NCBI GenBank assembly: GCA_035601815.1
Contig: DATNNN010000160.1
Span: 1 to 61,403, forward strand
Source: Xanthobacteraceae bacterium
GTDB lineage: Bacteria > Pseudomonadota > Alphaproteobacteria > Rhizobiales > Xanthobacteraceae
Reading direction: 5' to 3'
DNA length: 61,403 nucleotides
The position numbers and the translations under genes are program-made. A model generated the notes under the pieces. It saw only the letters and a list, made by a program, of their open reading frames with translations, was not told the DNA's origin and searched no databases. This document shows, piece by piece, positions 29,578 through 42,803 of this stretch; position 1 is the stretch's first letter, and the number at the start of each line of letters is the position of its first letter.

Positions 29578-30957
29578 TTGTCCATCGCCGGATCCGGCGA
29601 GACCAGACCGGGAATCCTGCGCGCCAGCGCAAGCGCGGTGGTCGCGCGGCTGAAAGAGCTGATCGCGTCCGACAATCATCACACCGTGGCGCAGCGCCAG
29701 GCGGGGATCGCGTTCGTCATCCGCGTGGTGGCCGCGGGTCTCGTCTTCATCTCCCAGATCGTGCTTGCGCGGTGGATGGGGCGCTTGGAGTTCGGCATCT
29801 ACGTCTACGTCTGGACCTGGCTCGTGCTGCTCGGCGGGTTGATGCCGCTCGGCATCTCGGTCGCCGCGCAGCGCTTCATCCCGGAATACACCGAACGCGG
29901 CGACCTCGACCGGCTGCGCGGGTTTCTCGCCGGCAGCCGGTGGCTTTGCTTCGGGCTTGGCACCGCGGGCGCGCTCGTGGGCGTCGCCTTGATCTGGCTG
30001 CTGCAGAACCAGCTCGCGCCCTATTACATTTTTCCGTTCGCGCTCGCCTGTGCCTGCCTGCCGGCGTACGCGACGAGCGACTGCCAGGACGGCATAGCGC
30101 GCTCCTACAATTGGATCGATCTCGCGATCGGACCCGTCTTCCTCGCCCGCCCGCTGCTCGTGCTCGGCATCATGGCGACCGTCCATGGGCTCGGCTGGCC
30201 GATGAACGCGAACACGACCATGGCGGCAGCGACCGTCGCCATCTGGGCGACGTGCGCGATCCAGTTTTTGCTGCTGGAGCGGCGCCTGCGCACCAAGGTC
30301 GAGCCCGGTTTGCGCCACTACGAGCCCGGCGTGTGGCTGAAGACCGGGCTTCCGATCTTCATGGTCGAGAGCTTCTACTTCCTGCTCACCTACACCGACA
30401 TCCTGGTGCTTGAGCTCTATGCCGGCCCCGGCGAGGTCGCGGTCTATTACGCGGCGACGAAGACGCTCTCCCTCGTCGCCTTCGTCTACTACGCCGTGTC
30501 GGCGGCGACGGCGCACCGCTTCTCCGAGTATCACGTGGCCGGCGATCGGCAGAAGCTCGAGGCGTTTCTTGCCGGCGCCATCCGCTGGACCTTCTGGCCG
30601 TCGCTGATCGCCACCATCGGCTTGCTCGCGCTCGGCAAGTTCATCCTCCAGCTGTTCGGACCGGGATTCGACCAGGGCTATTCGCTCTTGTTCGTGCTCT
30701 CGGTCGGGCTGCTCGCGCGCGCCGCGGTGGGTCCGGTCGAGCGGCTGCTCATGATGGTGGGCGAGCAGCGCATCTGCGCCGCTGCCTACGGCTGCTCCTT
30801 CGCCTTGAACTTGTCGCTCTGCACGCTCCTGATCCCGCGCTTCGGTGGGCTCGGCGCCGCAATGTCGACTGCGACCGCGCTCATCGTGGAATCGATCCTT
30901 CTGTTTCTTGCGACCAGGCGGCGGCTCGGCCTGCACGTCTTCGTCTGGCGCGGATAG
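29578..30957 (+). CDS. Polysaccharide/oligosaccharide flippase family protein (MOP/Wzx-like)
   Basis: 459 aa (TTG start in the ORF track) with ~12-14 predicted TM helices and typical Wzx-like topology. The assignment is by general pattern only. Confidence 0.65.
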   Translation: MSIAGSGETRPGILRASASAVVARLKELIASDNHHTVAQRQAGIAFVIRVVAAGLVFISQIVLARWMGRLEFGIYVYVWTWLVLLGGLMPLGISVAAQRFIPEYTERGDLDRLRGFLAGSRWLCFGLGTAGALVGVALIWLLQNQLAPYYIFPFALACACLPAYATSDCQDGIARSYNWIDLAIGPVFLARPLLVLGIMATVHGLGWPMNANTTMAAATVAIWATCAIQFLLLERRLRTKVEPGLRHYEPGVWLKTGLPIFMVESFYFLLTYTDILVLELYAGPGEVAVYYAATKTLSLVAFVYYAVSAATAHRFSEYHVAGDRQKLEAFLAGAIRWTFWPSLIATIGLLALGKFILQLFGPGFDQGYSLLFVLSVGLLARAAVGPVERLLMMVGEQRICAAAYGCSFALNLSLCTLLIPRFGGLGAAMSTATALIVESILLFLATRRRLGLHVFVWRG

Positions 30958-30964
30958 GTCTGCC

Positions 30965-32167
30965 ATGGCCGCCGCCGCGCCGAACATCGTTCCCGCGCGC
31001 CGTGTCGACCGCACGCCGTCGCGCATGGTGCGGGCGGCGCGGCTGAAAGCCGACTGGAAGCCGCTCGCCGCACTCGACGCCACCGACATCGCCCGCTGGT
31101 GCGAGCTCGCCGGCCGTGCGCTCGAGCCCAATGTATTTCTGGAGCCTGCCCTCGCCACGGCGGCGCTTGGCCTGCCGGCGGCGCAGGGGATCGGCGCCAT
31201 GATGGTCCGTTCCGGCGCCCGTCTGCTCGGGTTCCTGCCCGGCCGTATCGAAAGTCTCGCCGACGGGCGGCCGGTGCCGACCTTTGTCGCCTGGACCCAT
31301 CCCTATGCGCCTCTTTCAACGCCGCTCGTGGACCGCGAGAGGGCCGACGACGCGCTCGAAGCGCTCGCCGGCGGACTCGTGCGGCTGCCGCAACGGCCGC
31401 GAGTGGCACTGCTGCCGCTCTTTCCCGAGGAGGGCGCGGTGGCGCGGCGCGTCACCGATCTCCTCTATCGCCGGGGCCAGACGGCGCGGCGGCTCGATCC
31501 GCACCGGCGGGCGGCGCTGATCCCGCAACCGGGCGGCGATCCGCTCGCGGCGGTTTCCGCCGGCCGGCTCAAGGAATTGCGCCGCCAGCACCGCCGCCTC
31601 GGCGAAAGCGGCGCGCTCGAGCACAAGACGATCGCCGACGTGGCCGCGATCGGCGACGCGGTCGCGGCCTATCTCGCGCTCGAAGCCACCGGCTGGAAAG
31701 GCCGGGCGGGGAGCGCCGCGAATCTCGACGATGCAGCGCGCATCTTTCTCTCTACCGCCGTCATCGGCCTGGCCCGGGAGAACAAGGCGCGCGTTGAGTT
31801 GCTCACCCTCGACGGCGACGCCATCGCGGCGGCGATTGTGCTGTTCTCCGGCACGCGTGCCTGGTTCTGGAAGATCGCCTACGACGAAGCCCACGCGCGC
31901 TTCTCGCCCGGCGCGCAGCTGGCGCTCGCGCTCACGCGCTCGCTCGGGGCGGACGGCCGCCTCGATCTCGTCGATTCCTGTGCCGTCGCCAGCCATCCCA
32001 TGATCGATTCATTGTGGAGCGGACGGCTCGCGGTCGCCGATTGGCTCGTGGCATTGCCCGGCGCCGCCGGCCGCTTCGACCTGCAGGCCGCCTGCGCCGC
32101 GGAAAGCCTTCGCCGCGCCGCGATCAGGCCGCTCAAGCGCCTGCGCGAACGGCTGCAGACCCTCTGA
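30965..32167 (+). CDS. GNAT family N-acetyltransferase (CelD/BcsL-like)
   Basis: 400 aa from MAAAAPNIVP. The C-terminal region (EATGWKGRAGSA...FWKIAYDEAHARFSPGAQL) resembles CelD-type acetyltransferase domains. Confidence 0.65.
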   Translation: MAAAAPNIVPARRVDRTPSRMVRAARLKADWKPLAALDATDIARWCELAGRALEPNVFLEPALATAALGLPAAQGIGAMMVRSGARLLGFLPGRIESLADGRPVPTFVAWTHPYAPLSTPLVDRERADDALEALAGGLVRLPQRPRVALLPLFPEEGAVARRVTDLLYRRGQTARRLDPHRRAALIPQPGGDPLAAVSAGRLKELRRQHRRLGESGALEHKTIADVAAIGDAVAAYLALEATGWKGRAGSAANLDDAARIFLSTAVIGLARENKARVELLTLDGDAIAAAIVLFSGTRAWFWKIAYDEAHARFSPGAQLALALTRSLGADGRLDLVDSCAVASHPMIDSLWSGRLAVADWLVALPGAAGRFDLQAACAAESLRRAAIRPLKRLRERLQTL

Positions 32168-32168
32168 T

Positions 32169-33776
32169 TCACGCCTGCTCGCGCAACAGCCGGCGGATGA
32201 CCTTGCCGGTGGTGGTCATAGGCATCGATTCCACGAACGCCACCTCGCGCGGATACTCGTGCGCCGAGAGCCGCGTGCGCACGAATGCCTGGATTTCAGA
32301 TGCCAATGCGGCGGACGGGGCAAAGCCCGGCTTCAACTGCACGAAGGCCTTGACGATCTCGGTGCGCAGCGCGTCGGGTTTGCCGACCGCGGCGGCGAGC
32401 GCCACCGCCGGATGGCGGATCAGGCAGTCCTCGATCTCGCCGGGGCCGATGCGGTAGCCGGCGGACGTGATGACGTCGTCGTCGCGGCCGACGAAGCGCA
32501 CGTAGCCGTCTTCGTCGGCGATGCCCTGGTCGCCCGTGGTCATCCAGTCGCCGATGAACTTTTCGCGGGTGGCGTCGGGCCTGCCCCAGTACTCGAGAAA
32601 CATCACCGGGTCCGGCCGCTTCACCGCGATCTGGCCCAGCTCGCCTACCGCGCACACGCCGCCGTCGTCGCGGATGACCGCGACCTCGTGGCCGGGCACC
32701 GCCTTGCCGATGGCGCCCGGCTTCGACACGCCGATCGCCGCGCAGGACGACAGCACGATGTTGCATTCGGTCTGGCCGTAGAACTCGTTGATGGTGAGGC
32801 CCAGCGCCGCGCGGCCCCACTCGTAGGTCTCGACGCCGAGCGCCTCGCCGCCCGATCCGACGGTGCGGAGCGTGAGCGGCGCTTTTGGATTGCCCGCCGA
32901 GCGCAGCATGCGCAGGGCCGTGGGCGGGATGAAGCAATTGCGCACCTCGGCCTCCGCCATCAGCGCGAAGGCTTCCTCGGGATCGAACTTGTCGGTCTTC
33001 TTCGCCACCACCGGCACGCCGAGCGCGAGGCCGGGCAGGAGAATGTTGAGAAGCCCGCCGGCCCACGCCCAGTCCGCCGGCGTCCACATGCGGTCGCCGG
33101 GCTTGGGCAGGAACTCGTGGTGATACTGCACGCCGGGAAAATGGCCGAGCAGCACGCGGTGGCCGTGCAGCGCGCCCTTGGGCGGCCCGGTGGTGCCGGA
33201 GGTATAAACCATGAGCGCGGGATCGTCGGGCGAGGTGTCGAGCGGCATGAAAGCGTCGGACGCGCGCGCGAGCGTCTCGGAAAATCCTGCGGCGCCGTCG
33301 GCCGCACCGTCGATCGACAGCACGAGCGTCAGGTCGGGAAGCTCCTCGCGGATTTGCGCGAGCTTCGCGAGGCCGGCGGTATTGGTGACCACGGCGCGCG
33401 CGCCGGAATTTCCCAACCGATAGGATAGGGCCTCGACGCCGAACAGTGCCGCGAGCGGCAACGCGACGCCACCGAGCTTGTAGATGGCGAGGTGCGCGAT
33501 CGCCGTTTCCGGCGTCTGCGGCAGGATGATCGCGACCCGGTCGCGAGGCTTGATGCCATGGGCGGCGAGGGCGTTGGCGAGGCGGTTGGAGTCCGCGCGC
33601 AGCCGACCATAGGTGACGGTTTCGAGGCCGCGCTCGCGTTTCACCAACAGCGCCGGCCGGTCCGGCTCGCGTGCCGCCCATTTGTCGCAGGCGTCGACGC
33701 CGATGTTGTAGCGGGCGGGAATCTGCCAGCGGAAGGCGGCGCGCAGCCTTTCGTAATCGCGCACCTCCGGCAGCAT
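32169..33776 (-). CDS. AMP-dependent acyl-CoA synthetase/ligase
   Basis: 535 aa from MLPEVRDYERL. Motifs YTSGTTGPPKGA and TGDQG...GYVRFVGRDDDVITSAGYRIGPGEIE. The longer ORF to 33986 is Arg/Pro-rich shadow. Confidence 0.88.
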   Translation of the reverse strand: MLPEVRDYERLRAAFRWQIPARYNIGVDACDKWAAREPDRPALLVKRERGLETVTYGRLRADSNRLANALAAHGIKPRDRVAIILPQTPETAIAHLAIYKLGGVALPLAALFGVEALSYRLGNSGARAVVTNTAGLAKLAQIREELPDLTLVLSIDGAADGAAGFSETLARASDAFMPLDTSPDDPALMVYTSGTTGPPKGALHGHRVLLGHFPGVQYHHEFLPKPGDRMWTPADWAWAGGLLNILLPGLALGVPVVAKKTDKFDPEEAFALMAEAEVRNCFIPPTALRMLRSAGNPKAPLTLRTVGSGGEALGVETYEWGRAALGLTINEFYGQTECNIVLSSCAAIGVSKPGAIGKAVPGHEVAVIRDDGGVCAVGELGQIAVKRPDPVMFLEYWGRPDATREKFIGDWMTTGDQGIADEDGYVRFVGRDDDVITSAGYRIGPGEIEDCLIRHPAVALAAAVGKPDALRTEIVKAFVQLKPGFAPSAALASEIQAFVRTRLSAHEYPREVAFVESMPMTTTGKVIRRLLREQA

Positions 33777-33780
33777 GGCG

Positions 33781-34311
33781 CTAGCGCCGCGCCGGCTCCG
33801 CCAGCACGAACGCCCAGAACACCTTGTATTTCGAGCCGGGGGCGTAAGCGGTGGCGATGCCCATCTTGGTCGCGCCGGGAAGCAGCATGTTCGCGTTGTG
33901 CGAGGGCGAGTCGCGCCAGCCGGAGAACGCCTCGGCGAGCGTGCGGTAGCCGGCGCCGACGTTCTCCGCCGCGCGGGCGGCGTCATAATTCGCGGCCTTG
34001 AGACGCTGGGTGAAGCCGCGGCCGCCGGGATCGTGGGTCAGCTTGTCGATGGCAGCCATGCGGCGCGCCTGGTCCTGGGCGATCTGAAGCAGCGTGGGAT
34101 CGAGTTCGAGTGTAGGCAAGCCATTGGCGCGCCGATAGTCGGAGATGAGCGAGGCTGCGGCCGCGGCGTTCACCTCGGCGCCGCTACGGCCGAGGTTCTC
34201 GTAGAACGCGGGCGATTTGTCCGACTCCACGGTGCCGCAGGCGGCGAGAGCGAGGACCGCGAGAAGGAACGCCGCCGCGCGGCAGCGACGCTGAAATTTG
34301 GCGGTGTCCAC
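33781..34311 (-). CDS. CAP (SCP/PR-1-like) domain lipoprotein
   Basis: 176 aa with lipobox LALAACG. CAP-domain pattern YRRANGLP...GENVGAGY...WRDSPSHNANML. Confidence 0.8.
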   Translation of the reverse strand: MDTAKFQRRCRAAAFLLAVLALAACGTVESDKSPAFYENLGRSGAEVNAAAAASLISDYRRANGLPTLELDPTLLQIAQDQARRMAAIDKLTHDPGGRGFTQRLKAANYDAARAAENVGAGYRTLAEAFSGWRDSPSHNANMLLPGATKMGIATAYAPGSKYKVFWAFVLAEPARR

Positions 34312-34408
34312 AGGACTTCCTTCTGGTGGGCGGGAATCGGCGTATATTGCCTGAGCGAACTCCCGGCGTCACGCCGATGTGCAGAGTGGCGCGAACTAGG
34401 GCGGCGCC

Positions 34409-37468
<3,060 letters not shown>

Positions 37469-37488
37469 TCCTTTGATTTTACGCGCTG

Positions 37489-37878
37489 CTACTTAGCCGG
37501 CGTGAACATGGGCAGCGGCGGACCGCCGTCGCTCGGCTTGAACGTGACCCGCACAGCCTGGCCGATCTTCACCGCGTTGGGGTCGCAGTCGACGATGTTG
37601 GTGATCATGGTCGGCCCTTCGGCGAGCGTCACGTAGGCGACCACGTAGGGCACCGGCGCGCGGCGCATGACGCTGTAGCTGTAGATCGTTCCCTTGCCGG
37701 AAGCCTCGACCCAGGTGGTGTCGTCGCTGAAGCAGAACGGGCAGATCGAGCGCGGGTAGAAGTGCGGCTCGCCGCAGGCATTGCACTTCTTGATGAGCAG
37801 CCGGCCTTTGGCCGCCGCGGCCCAGTAGGGCTTGGTCTCCGGACTCTGATCGGGCGCCTCGAGCTTTCGTTCGGCCAT
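37489..37878 (-). CDS. Zn-ribbon OB-fold protein (DUF35 family)
   Basis: 129 aa with rubredoxin-like CNACGEPHFYPRSICPFC followed by an OB-fold. Lies immediately downstream of a thiolase-like gene, the canonical pairing. Confidence 0.85.
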   Translation of the reverse strand: MAERKLEAPDQSPETKPYWAAAAKGRLLIKKCNACGEPHFYPRSICPFCFSDDTTWVEASGKGTIYSYSVMRRAPVPYVVAYVTLAEGPTMITNIVDCDPNAVKIGQAVRVTFKPSDGGPPLPMFTPAK

Positions 37879-37881
37879 GCT

Positions 37882-39045
37882 CTACTCCCGCTCCATGATG
37901 ACGGTGCCGCTGCCATGGCGCGTGGCGAGCGCGCCGCCGGTGCCGTGGGCGAGCACCAGATCGCAGTTCTTCACCTGCACCTTGGGATGCGCTTCGCCGC
38001 GCGCCTGGCGCACCGCCTCCAGGATCTTGGTCATGCCGCCGCGGTTGCCGGGATGATTGTTGCAGAGCCCGCCGCCGTCGGTGTTGAACGGCAGCTTGCC
38101 GACGCCGGAGATCAGGTTGCCGTCGGCGACGAAGCGGCCGCCCTGGCCTTTGGCGCAGAAGCCCACGTCCTCGATCTGCATCAGCACGGTGATGGTGAAG
38201 GAGTCGTAGAACGACGCGTACTTGATGTCGGCGTGCTTGACGCCGGCTTCGGCGAACGCGGCGGGACCGGACCACACACCGGCCGAATAGGTGATGTCGA
38301 TCTTGCCGCCGTTCTGGTGCTTCACCGCTTCGCCGGCGCCGCGCACCGTCACTAGCGGGCGCTTCAGGCTTTTCGCGATCTCCGGCCGCGTCACCACTAC
38401 GGCGCCGCCGCCGTCGCTGATGACGCAGCAGTCGAGCCGGTGCAGGGGGTCGGCCACCAGCGGGGAGTTCACCACCTGCTCCACGGTGACTACGTCGCGC
38501 AGCATGGCGTGCGGATTGTATTGGGCGTGGTGGGAGGCGGCGACCTTGATCCAGGCGAGCTGCTCGCTGGTGGTGCCGAACTCGTGCATGTGGCGCATGG
38601 CCACCATGCCGTAAAGATTGAGGATGGCGGCGCCGTAGGGCACCTCGAACGGCTTGTCGGGCATCGGGCCGAAGCTGCGGCCGAGGTGCGAACCGATGCC
38701 TTCGGCACGCGGCCGGCCGGCAAGCGTGATCAACGCCACGTCGCATTTTTCCGCGGCGATGGCCCGCGCAGCGTGGCCGAGATGAATGATGTAGGAGGAG
38801 CCGCCGGTGTCGGTGCCGTCCACGTAGCGGAGCTTCAAGCCCAGATAGTCGGCCATGGAGAGCGGGCCGATCCCCGGCGCGTCGCCGGCGCAGAAATAGG
38901 CGTCGACGTCCGATTTGGAGAGCCCGGCGTCCGCGAGCGCGCCCTTGGCAACCTCGGCGTGGAGCTGCGCCAGCGATTTGTCGTCGGCCTTGCGCGTCGG
39001 GTGCTCGTAGATGCCGGCGACGTAGGCCTTTCCCTTGAGGCTCAT
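37882..39045 (-). CDS. Thiolase-like protein (SCP2-type, DUF35 partner)
   Basis: 387 aa with the thiolase fold pattern (GGSSYIIHLGHAARAI; C-terminal GGGLCNNHPG...HGTGG). Confidence 0.85.
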   Translation of the reverse strand: MSLKGKAYVAGIYEHPTRKADDKSLAQLHAEVAKGALADAGLSKSDVDAYFCAGDAPGIGPLSMADYLGLKLRYVDGTDTGGSSYIIHLGHAARAIAAEKCDVALITLAGRPRAEGIGSHLGRSFGPMPDKPFEVPYGAAILNLYGMVAMRHMHEFGTTSEQLAWIKVAASHHAQYNPHAMLRDVVTVEQVVNSPLVADPLHRLDCCVISDGGGAVVVTRPEIAKSLKRPLVTVRGAGEAVKHQNGGKIDITYSAGVWSGPAAFAEAGVKHADIKYASFYDSFTITVLMQIEDVGFCAKGQGGRFVADGNLISGVGKLPFNTDGGGLCNNHPGNRGGMTKILEAVRQARGEAHPKVQVKNCDLVLAHGTGGALATRHGSGTVIMERE

Positions 39046-39123
39046 TTCGGTTCGACCCCTGACCTGTTAATTTCCTTATCCACGCGCGGCACAAACAGCG
39101 CAACCGTGACAGGAGGAAGCAGG

Positions 39124-39591
39124 ATGGGCGAAACGCTGGCGGTGCCCGCGCTCGAATATCTGGTCGCGATCAATGCCGACGTCGGCAAGGTCGTCTCCCT
39201 CGGGCCGGGTCCGCTCGGCGAGCGTCGCGTCGTCGATATTCTCGGGGGCCACTTCGAGGGCCCGCGGCTGCGCGGCAAGGTGCTCGGCGGCCAGGACTGG
39301 CAGATCGCGCGTAGCGACGGGGTGCTCGATATCGATGCCCGCTACACGATCGAAGCTGATAGCGGAGCCAAGGTTCGGGTGGTGAGCCAGGGCTACCGGC
39401 ACGGGCCGCCGGGGGTGATGGCGCGTCTCGCGCGCGGGGAGGACGTGGACCCCGCCGACTATTTCTTCCGTACCGTGATTCGCTTCGAGACCGGCGATGC
39501 CGGGCTCGCCTGGCTGAACAAGACGCTTGCGGTCGCTACCGCAGTGCGAAAAGCCCGGCGGGTGGAGATTCGCGCCTGGCGCCTGCTCTAG
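39124..39591 (+). CDS. DUF3237 family protein
   Basis: 155 aa from MGETLAVPALEYL. The pattern GPGPLGERRVVDILGGHFEGPRLRGKVL..GQDW resembles DUF3237. The upstream part of ORF 38440.. is antisense shadow of the thiolase. Confidence 0.65.
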   Translation: MGETLAVPALEYLVAINADVGKVVSLGPGPLGERRVVDILGGHFEGPRLRGKVLGGQDWQIARSDGVLDIDARYTIEADSGAKVRVVSQGYRHGPPGVMARLARGEDVDPADYFFRTVIRFETGDAGLAWLNKTLAVATAVRKARRVEIRAWRLL

Positions 39592-39651
39592 GCGCCCGTC
39601 TACGCTGCGACATCGGACTTGGTCATCGTGGCGGCGAATTAATTTGACGCC

Positions 39652-42093
39652 TTGGCCCAAAGACGATTCTTGTGGCCTGCCCGATGTCTCAGAGGTGAGC
39701 GAGTGTCGAAAAAGCGCGATCGGCCGACGGAAGACGCGGTCGAGGCGCGCGAGGAGCGCCTCGCCTGGCACCAGCGCGAGCCCAAGCATCTCGCGCTCGG
39801 CCTTGAGCGCATCGGCCTCATCGCGTTGCGCTACCGCTTCGCTACTGTGGTCGCGCTTGTTGTATTCACGATTCTCGCCGTTTTCGGAATCGAGCGCATC
39901 AAGGTCGACGATTCGCTGAGCCAACTCTTTCGCTCCAACTCCGTCGAGTTCAGGCAATACGAAGAAGTATCGCGGCGTTTCCCCTCCAGCGAGTTCGACG
40001 TTCTGGTCGTCATCGAAGGCAAGGAGCTGCTTGCCCGCAAATCGCTCGAGGCCATCCGCGAGCTCGTCACCGACCTGCAATTGATCGACGGCACGCGGGG
40101 CATCATCTCGCTGTTCTCGGCGCGTCAGCCCCCGGAGGCCGGGCAACTGCCGGCGCCGCTGTTCCCGGAAAAGCTTCCGGAAGGCGCCGAGTACCAGAAG
40201 CTGATCGAGCGGGTGCTGTCGAACGAGCTGATACGCGGCAAGCTGTTGTCGGAGGACGGCGAGCTCGCGCTGATCGTGCTCTCGCTCGACCCGTTGATGG
40301 TGGAAAGCAAGGGGCTGTCCACCACCGTCGACGAGGTGCGCAAGACCATGGTCGAGAACCTTGCCGGCACCAACCTCAGAGCCCAGCTCTCAGGCGTGCC
40401 CGTGATGCAGCTCGAGATTCGCAATGCGGTCGAGCGCGACCGGCTCATCTACAACGCGCTCGGCTTCATTGCTGGCTGCGTGGTGGCGATCCTGTTCTTC
40501 CGCCGCGTGTCGTTCATGATCATCGCGGCGGGGCCGCCGTTGATCGCGATCCTGCTCGCGCTCGGCACGCTCGGCTGGCTCGACTTCCGCCTCAACATGT
40601 TTCTCAACGTGATGACGCCGCTCATCATGGTGATCAGCTTCTCCGACTCGATGCAGCTCACGTTCTTCGCTCGCGACCGGCTGCTGCACGGCGACAGCAA
40701 GTTCGAGGCGATGCGCAAGGCGATCCTGGTGGTGGGGCCGGCGTGCGTGCTGACCCACGCCACCGCCGGTATCTCCTTCGTCGCGCTGCTGTTTTCCGAT
40801 TCCAACCTGATCCGCACCTTTGGCGAGGCGGGGCTGACCGCGACGATCATCGCCTTCGTCGCGGTGCTGATGCTGGTGCCGCTGTTCGGCGTGCTGTTCA
40901 TCCGCAAGGAGGATCAGTTCGCCGCCCAGGTGAAGGGCGCGGACCGGGCGGTGGACGCGTTGCGCCAGGTATGCGGATGGATCGCGGCGCGGATGGTGCG
41001 CCGGCCCGGGCTCAACAGCCTGATCAGCGTGCTCGTCGTCGCCGGCCTGGTCGCGCTCTACATGAACCTCGAGCCGCGCTATCGCCTCGCCGACCAGGTG
41101 CCCAACCGCGAGCAGGCGGTGGAAGCGAGCAGCCGTCTCGACGCCAAGCTCACCGGCGCCAATCCGGTCGATATCTTGATCGAATTCCCGGGCGGCGCCG
41201 ACCTCTATTCCGACGTGACGTTGAAAACCATCGCCGATGTGCACGCCATCCTCGAGAAGCAGGCGGGCGTCGGCAACGTGTGGTCGCTAGAAACGCTCCG
41301 CCGTTGGCTCGCCGAAAAGGCGGGAAAATCGGACGTCGCGAGCCTCAAGGAGTACGTTGATCTTCTGCCCGAGCATCTCACCCGCCGGTTCGTGTCGCCG
41401 GAGAGGAACGCGGTGGTCGTGTCGGGCCGCATTCCGGATATTGACGCGAGCGACCTCCTGCCGGTGATCGAACAGCTCGACAAAACGCTCGACACGGTGC
41501 GCAAGGCGCATTCCGGTTACAAGATCTCGGTCACCGGCCTGTCGGCGATTGCCGCGCGCAATAGCGCGAGCATGATCGGAAAATTGAACAAGGCGCTCAC
41601 GGTGGAGATCGTGTTCGTCGCCGCCTTCATCGGCCTCGCGTTCCGCTCGTTCTTCGTGATGGCGGTGAGCATCCTGCCGGGCGTCTTCCCGATCGTGGTT
41701 TCCGGCGCGGTGTTGTGGGCGATGGGGGAGGGGCTGCAGTTCGCGAGCGTCGTGGCGCTGACGGTGTCGTTCGGCCTCGCGCTGTCGGCGACGATCCACT
41801 ACCTCAACCGGCTGCGCCTCGAGTACAAGGAAGGCGAGGACCCGGCGCAGGGCGTGATCCGGCCGACGGTGCTGGTGGGGCCGGCGCTGATCCTGACGTC
41901 GCTCGTGCTTGCCTGCGGGCTCGCGGTGACGATCTTCTCCGACCTGCCGTCGCTGCGCCTGTTCGGCTGGCTCAGCGCGTTCGCCATGATCGCCGCGCTG
42001 ATCGGCGATCTGCTTATCCTGCCGGCGACGGTGATGTTCCTGCGCCAGATGATCCGGCGCGTGCGCAGCGCGCGCCTGCGCGCGGCGGAGTAG
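39652..42093 (+). CDS. RND superfamily / MMPL-domain transporter
   Basis: 813-aa ORF with two 6-TM bundles and large periplasmic loops, MMPL/SSD-like. The likely true start is GTG at 39703, preceded by GAGGTGA. Confidence 0.85.
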   Translation: MAQRRFLWPARCLRGERVSKKRDRPTEDAVEAREERLAWHQREPKHLALGLERIGLIALRYRFATVVALVVFTILAVFGIERIKVDDSLSQLFRSNSVEFRQYEEVSRRFPSSEFDVLVVIEGKELLARKSLEAIRELVTDLQLIDGTRGIISLFSARQPPEAGQLPAPLFPEKLPEGAEYQKLIERVLSNELIRGKLLSEDGELALIVLSLDPLMVESKGLSTTVDEVRKTMVENLAGTNLRAQLSGVPVMQLEIRNAVERDRLIYNALGFIAGCVVAILFFRRVSFMIIAAGPPLIAILLALGTLGWLDFRLNMFLNVMTPLIMVISFSDSMQLTFFARDRLLHGDSKFEAMRKAILVVGPACVLTHATAGISFVALLFSDSNLIRTFGEAGLTATIIAFVAVLMLVPLFGVLFIRKEDQFAAQVKGADRAVDALRQVCGWIAARMVRRPGLNSLISVLVVAGLVALYMNLEPRYRLADQVPNREQAVEASSRLDAKLTGANPVDILIEFPGGADLYSDVTLKTIADVHAILEKQAGVGNVWSLETLRRWLAEKAGKSDVASLKEYVDLLPEHLTRRFVSPERNAVVVSGRIPDIDASDLLPVIEQLDKTLDTVRKAHSGYKISVTGLSAIAARNSASMIGKLNKALTVEIVFVAAFIGLAFRSFFVMAVSILPGVFPIVVSGAVLWAMGEGLQFASVVALTVSFGLALSATIHYLNRLRLEYKEGEDPAQGVIRPTVLVGPALILTSLVLACGLAVTIFSDLPSLRLFGWLSAFAMIAALIGDLLILPATVMFLRQMIRRVRSARLRAAE

Positions 42094-42099
42094 ACCCGA

Positions 42100-42603
42100 T
42101 TATCGCTTGGCGAGACTGATCGTGACCGACGAAACGTCGGTGCCGGTCGGTCGAATGGCCACCGATTGGGTATTGCCGCGGGTGCTGACGGTCAGGGTCG
42201 CGAGAAAACCGATGCCCTGGATGTTTGCCTGCAGATTGCCGCCGCTGGCGCGGCCGGACACGCTGCCGGTGGCGCCGCGGCTCAACTCGGTCCAGGTGCC
42301 GAAGACATTTCCGTTGTCATAGCCGACGCTGCTGGTCACGTCGAACTTGTAGCTGTCGCTGGCGCAGCGAAGATCCTGCTGCATGTTCATGCCCTGATTG
42401 GTGACGGTATAGCCGGCACGGCAGCGAATGCGTTCGCTCGCGCCGTTCGACATCGTGATCGTGCCGGCCCCGTGCCATGACCCGGCGAGGCCGGCGAAAG
42501 GCGCCTCGCGCTGCGCGAGCCCCGGGGAGGCGAACAGCAAGATGGCGACCGCGAGCGCCGCTGTCTTCGGCGCACGGACGGGCAAGTCTAGCGGAGATGA
42601 CAT
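42100..42603 (-). CDS. Secreted hypothetical protein
   Basis: 167 aa from MSSPLDLPV with a signal peptide (AILLFASPGLAQ). The mature part is beta-rich with two Cys. I do not recognise a family. Confidence 0.5.
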   Translation of the reverse strand: MSSPLDLPVRAPKTAALAVAILLFASPGLAQREAPFAGLAGSWHGAGTITMSNGASERIRCRAGYTVTNQGMNMQQDLRCASDSYKFDVTSSVGYDNGNVFGTWTELSRGATGSVSGRASGGNLQANIQGIGFLATLTVSTRGNTQSVAIRPTGTDVSSVTISLAKR

Positions 42604-42803
42604 GTGTTGCGTTCCCCCGGCTTTTTGGCCACTGAAAGCTAGCGCGATTCGCGTGCGAAGGGCAGCGTACACATTTCGCGCACGACGATTTTTTGGGCGT
42701 CGGGTCATCCCCCGGATCAAGGCACTCGTACCGCGCCCCCACATACACTAGGCTTCCTCCGAGCCGGATGACCGGCATGGGACAAGGATCGCGGGAGTAG
42801 CCA

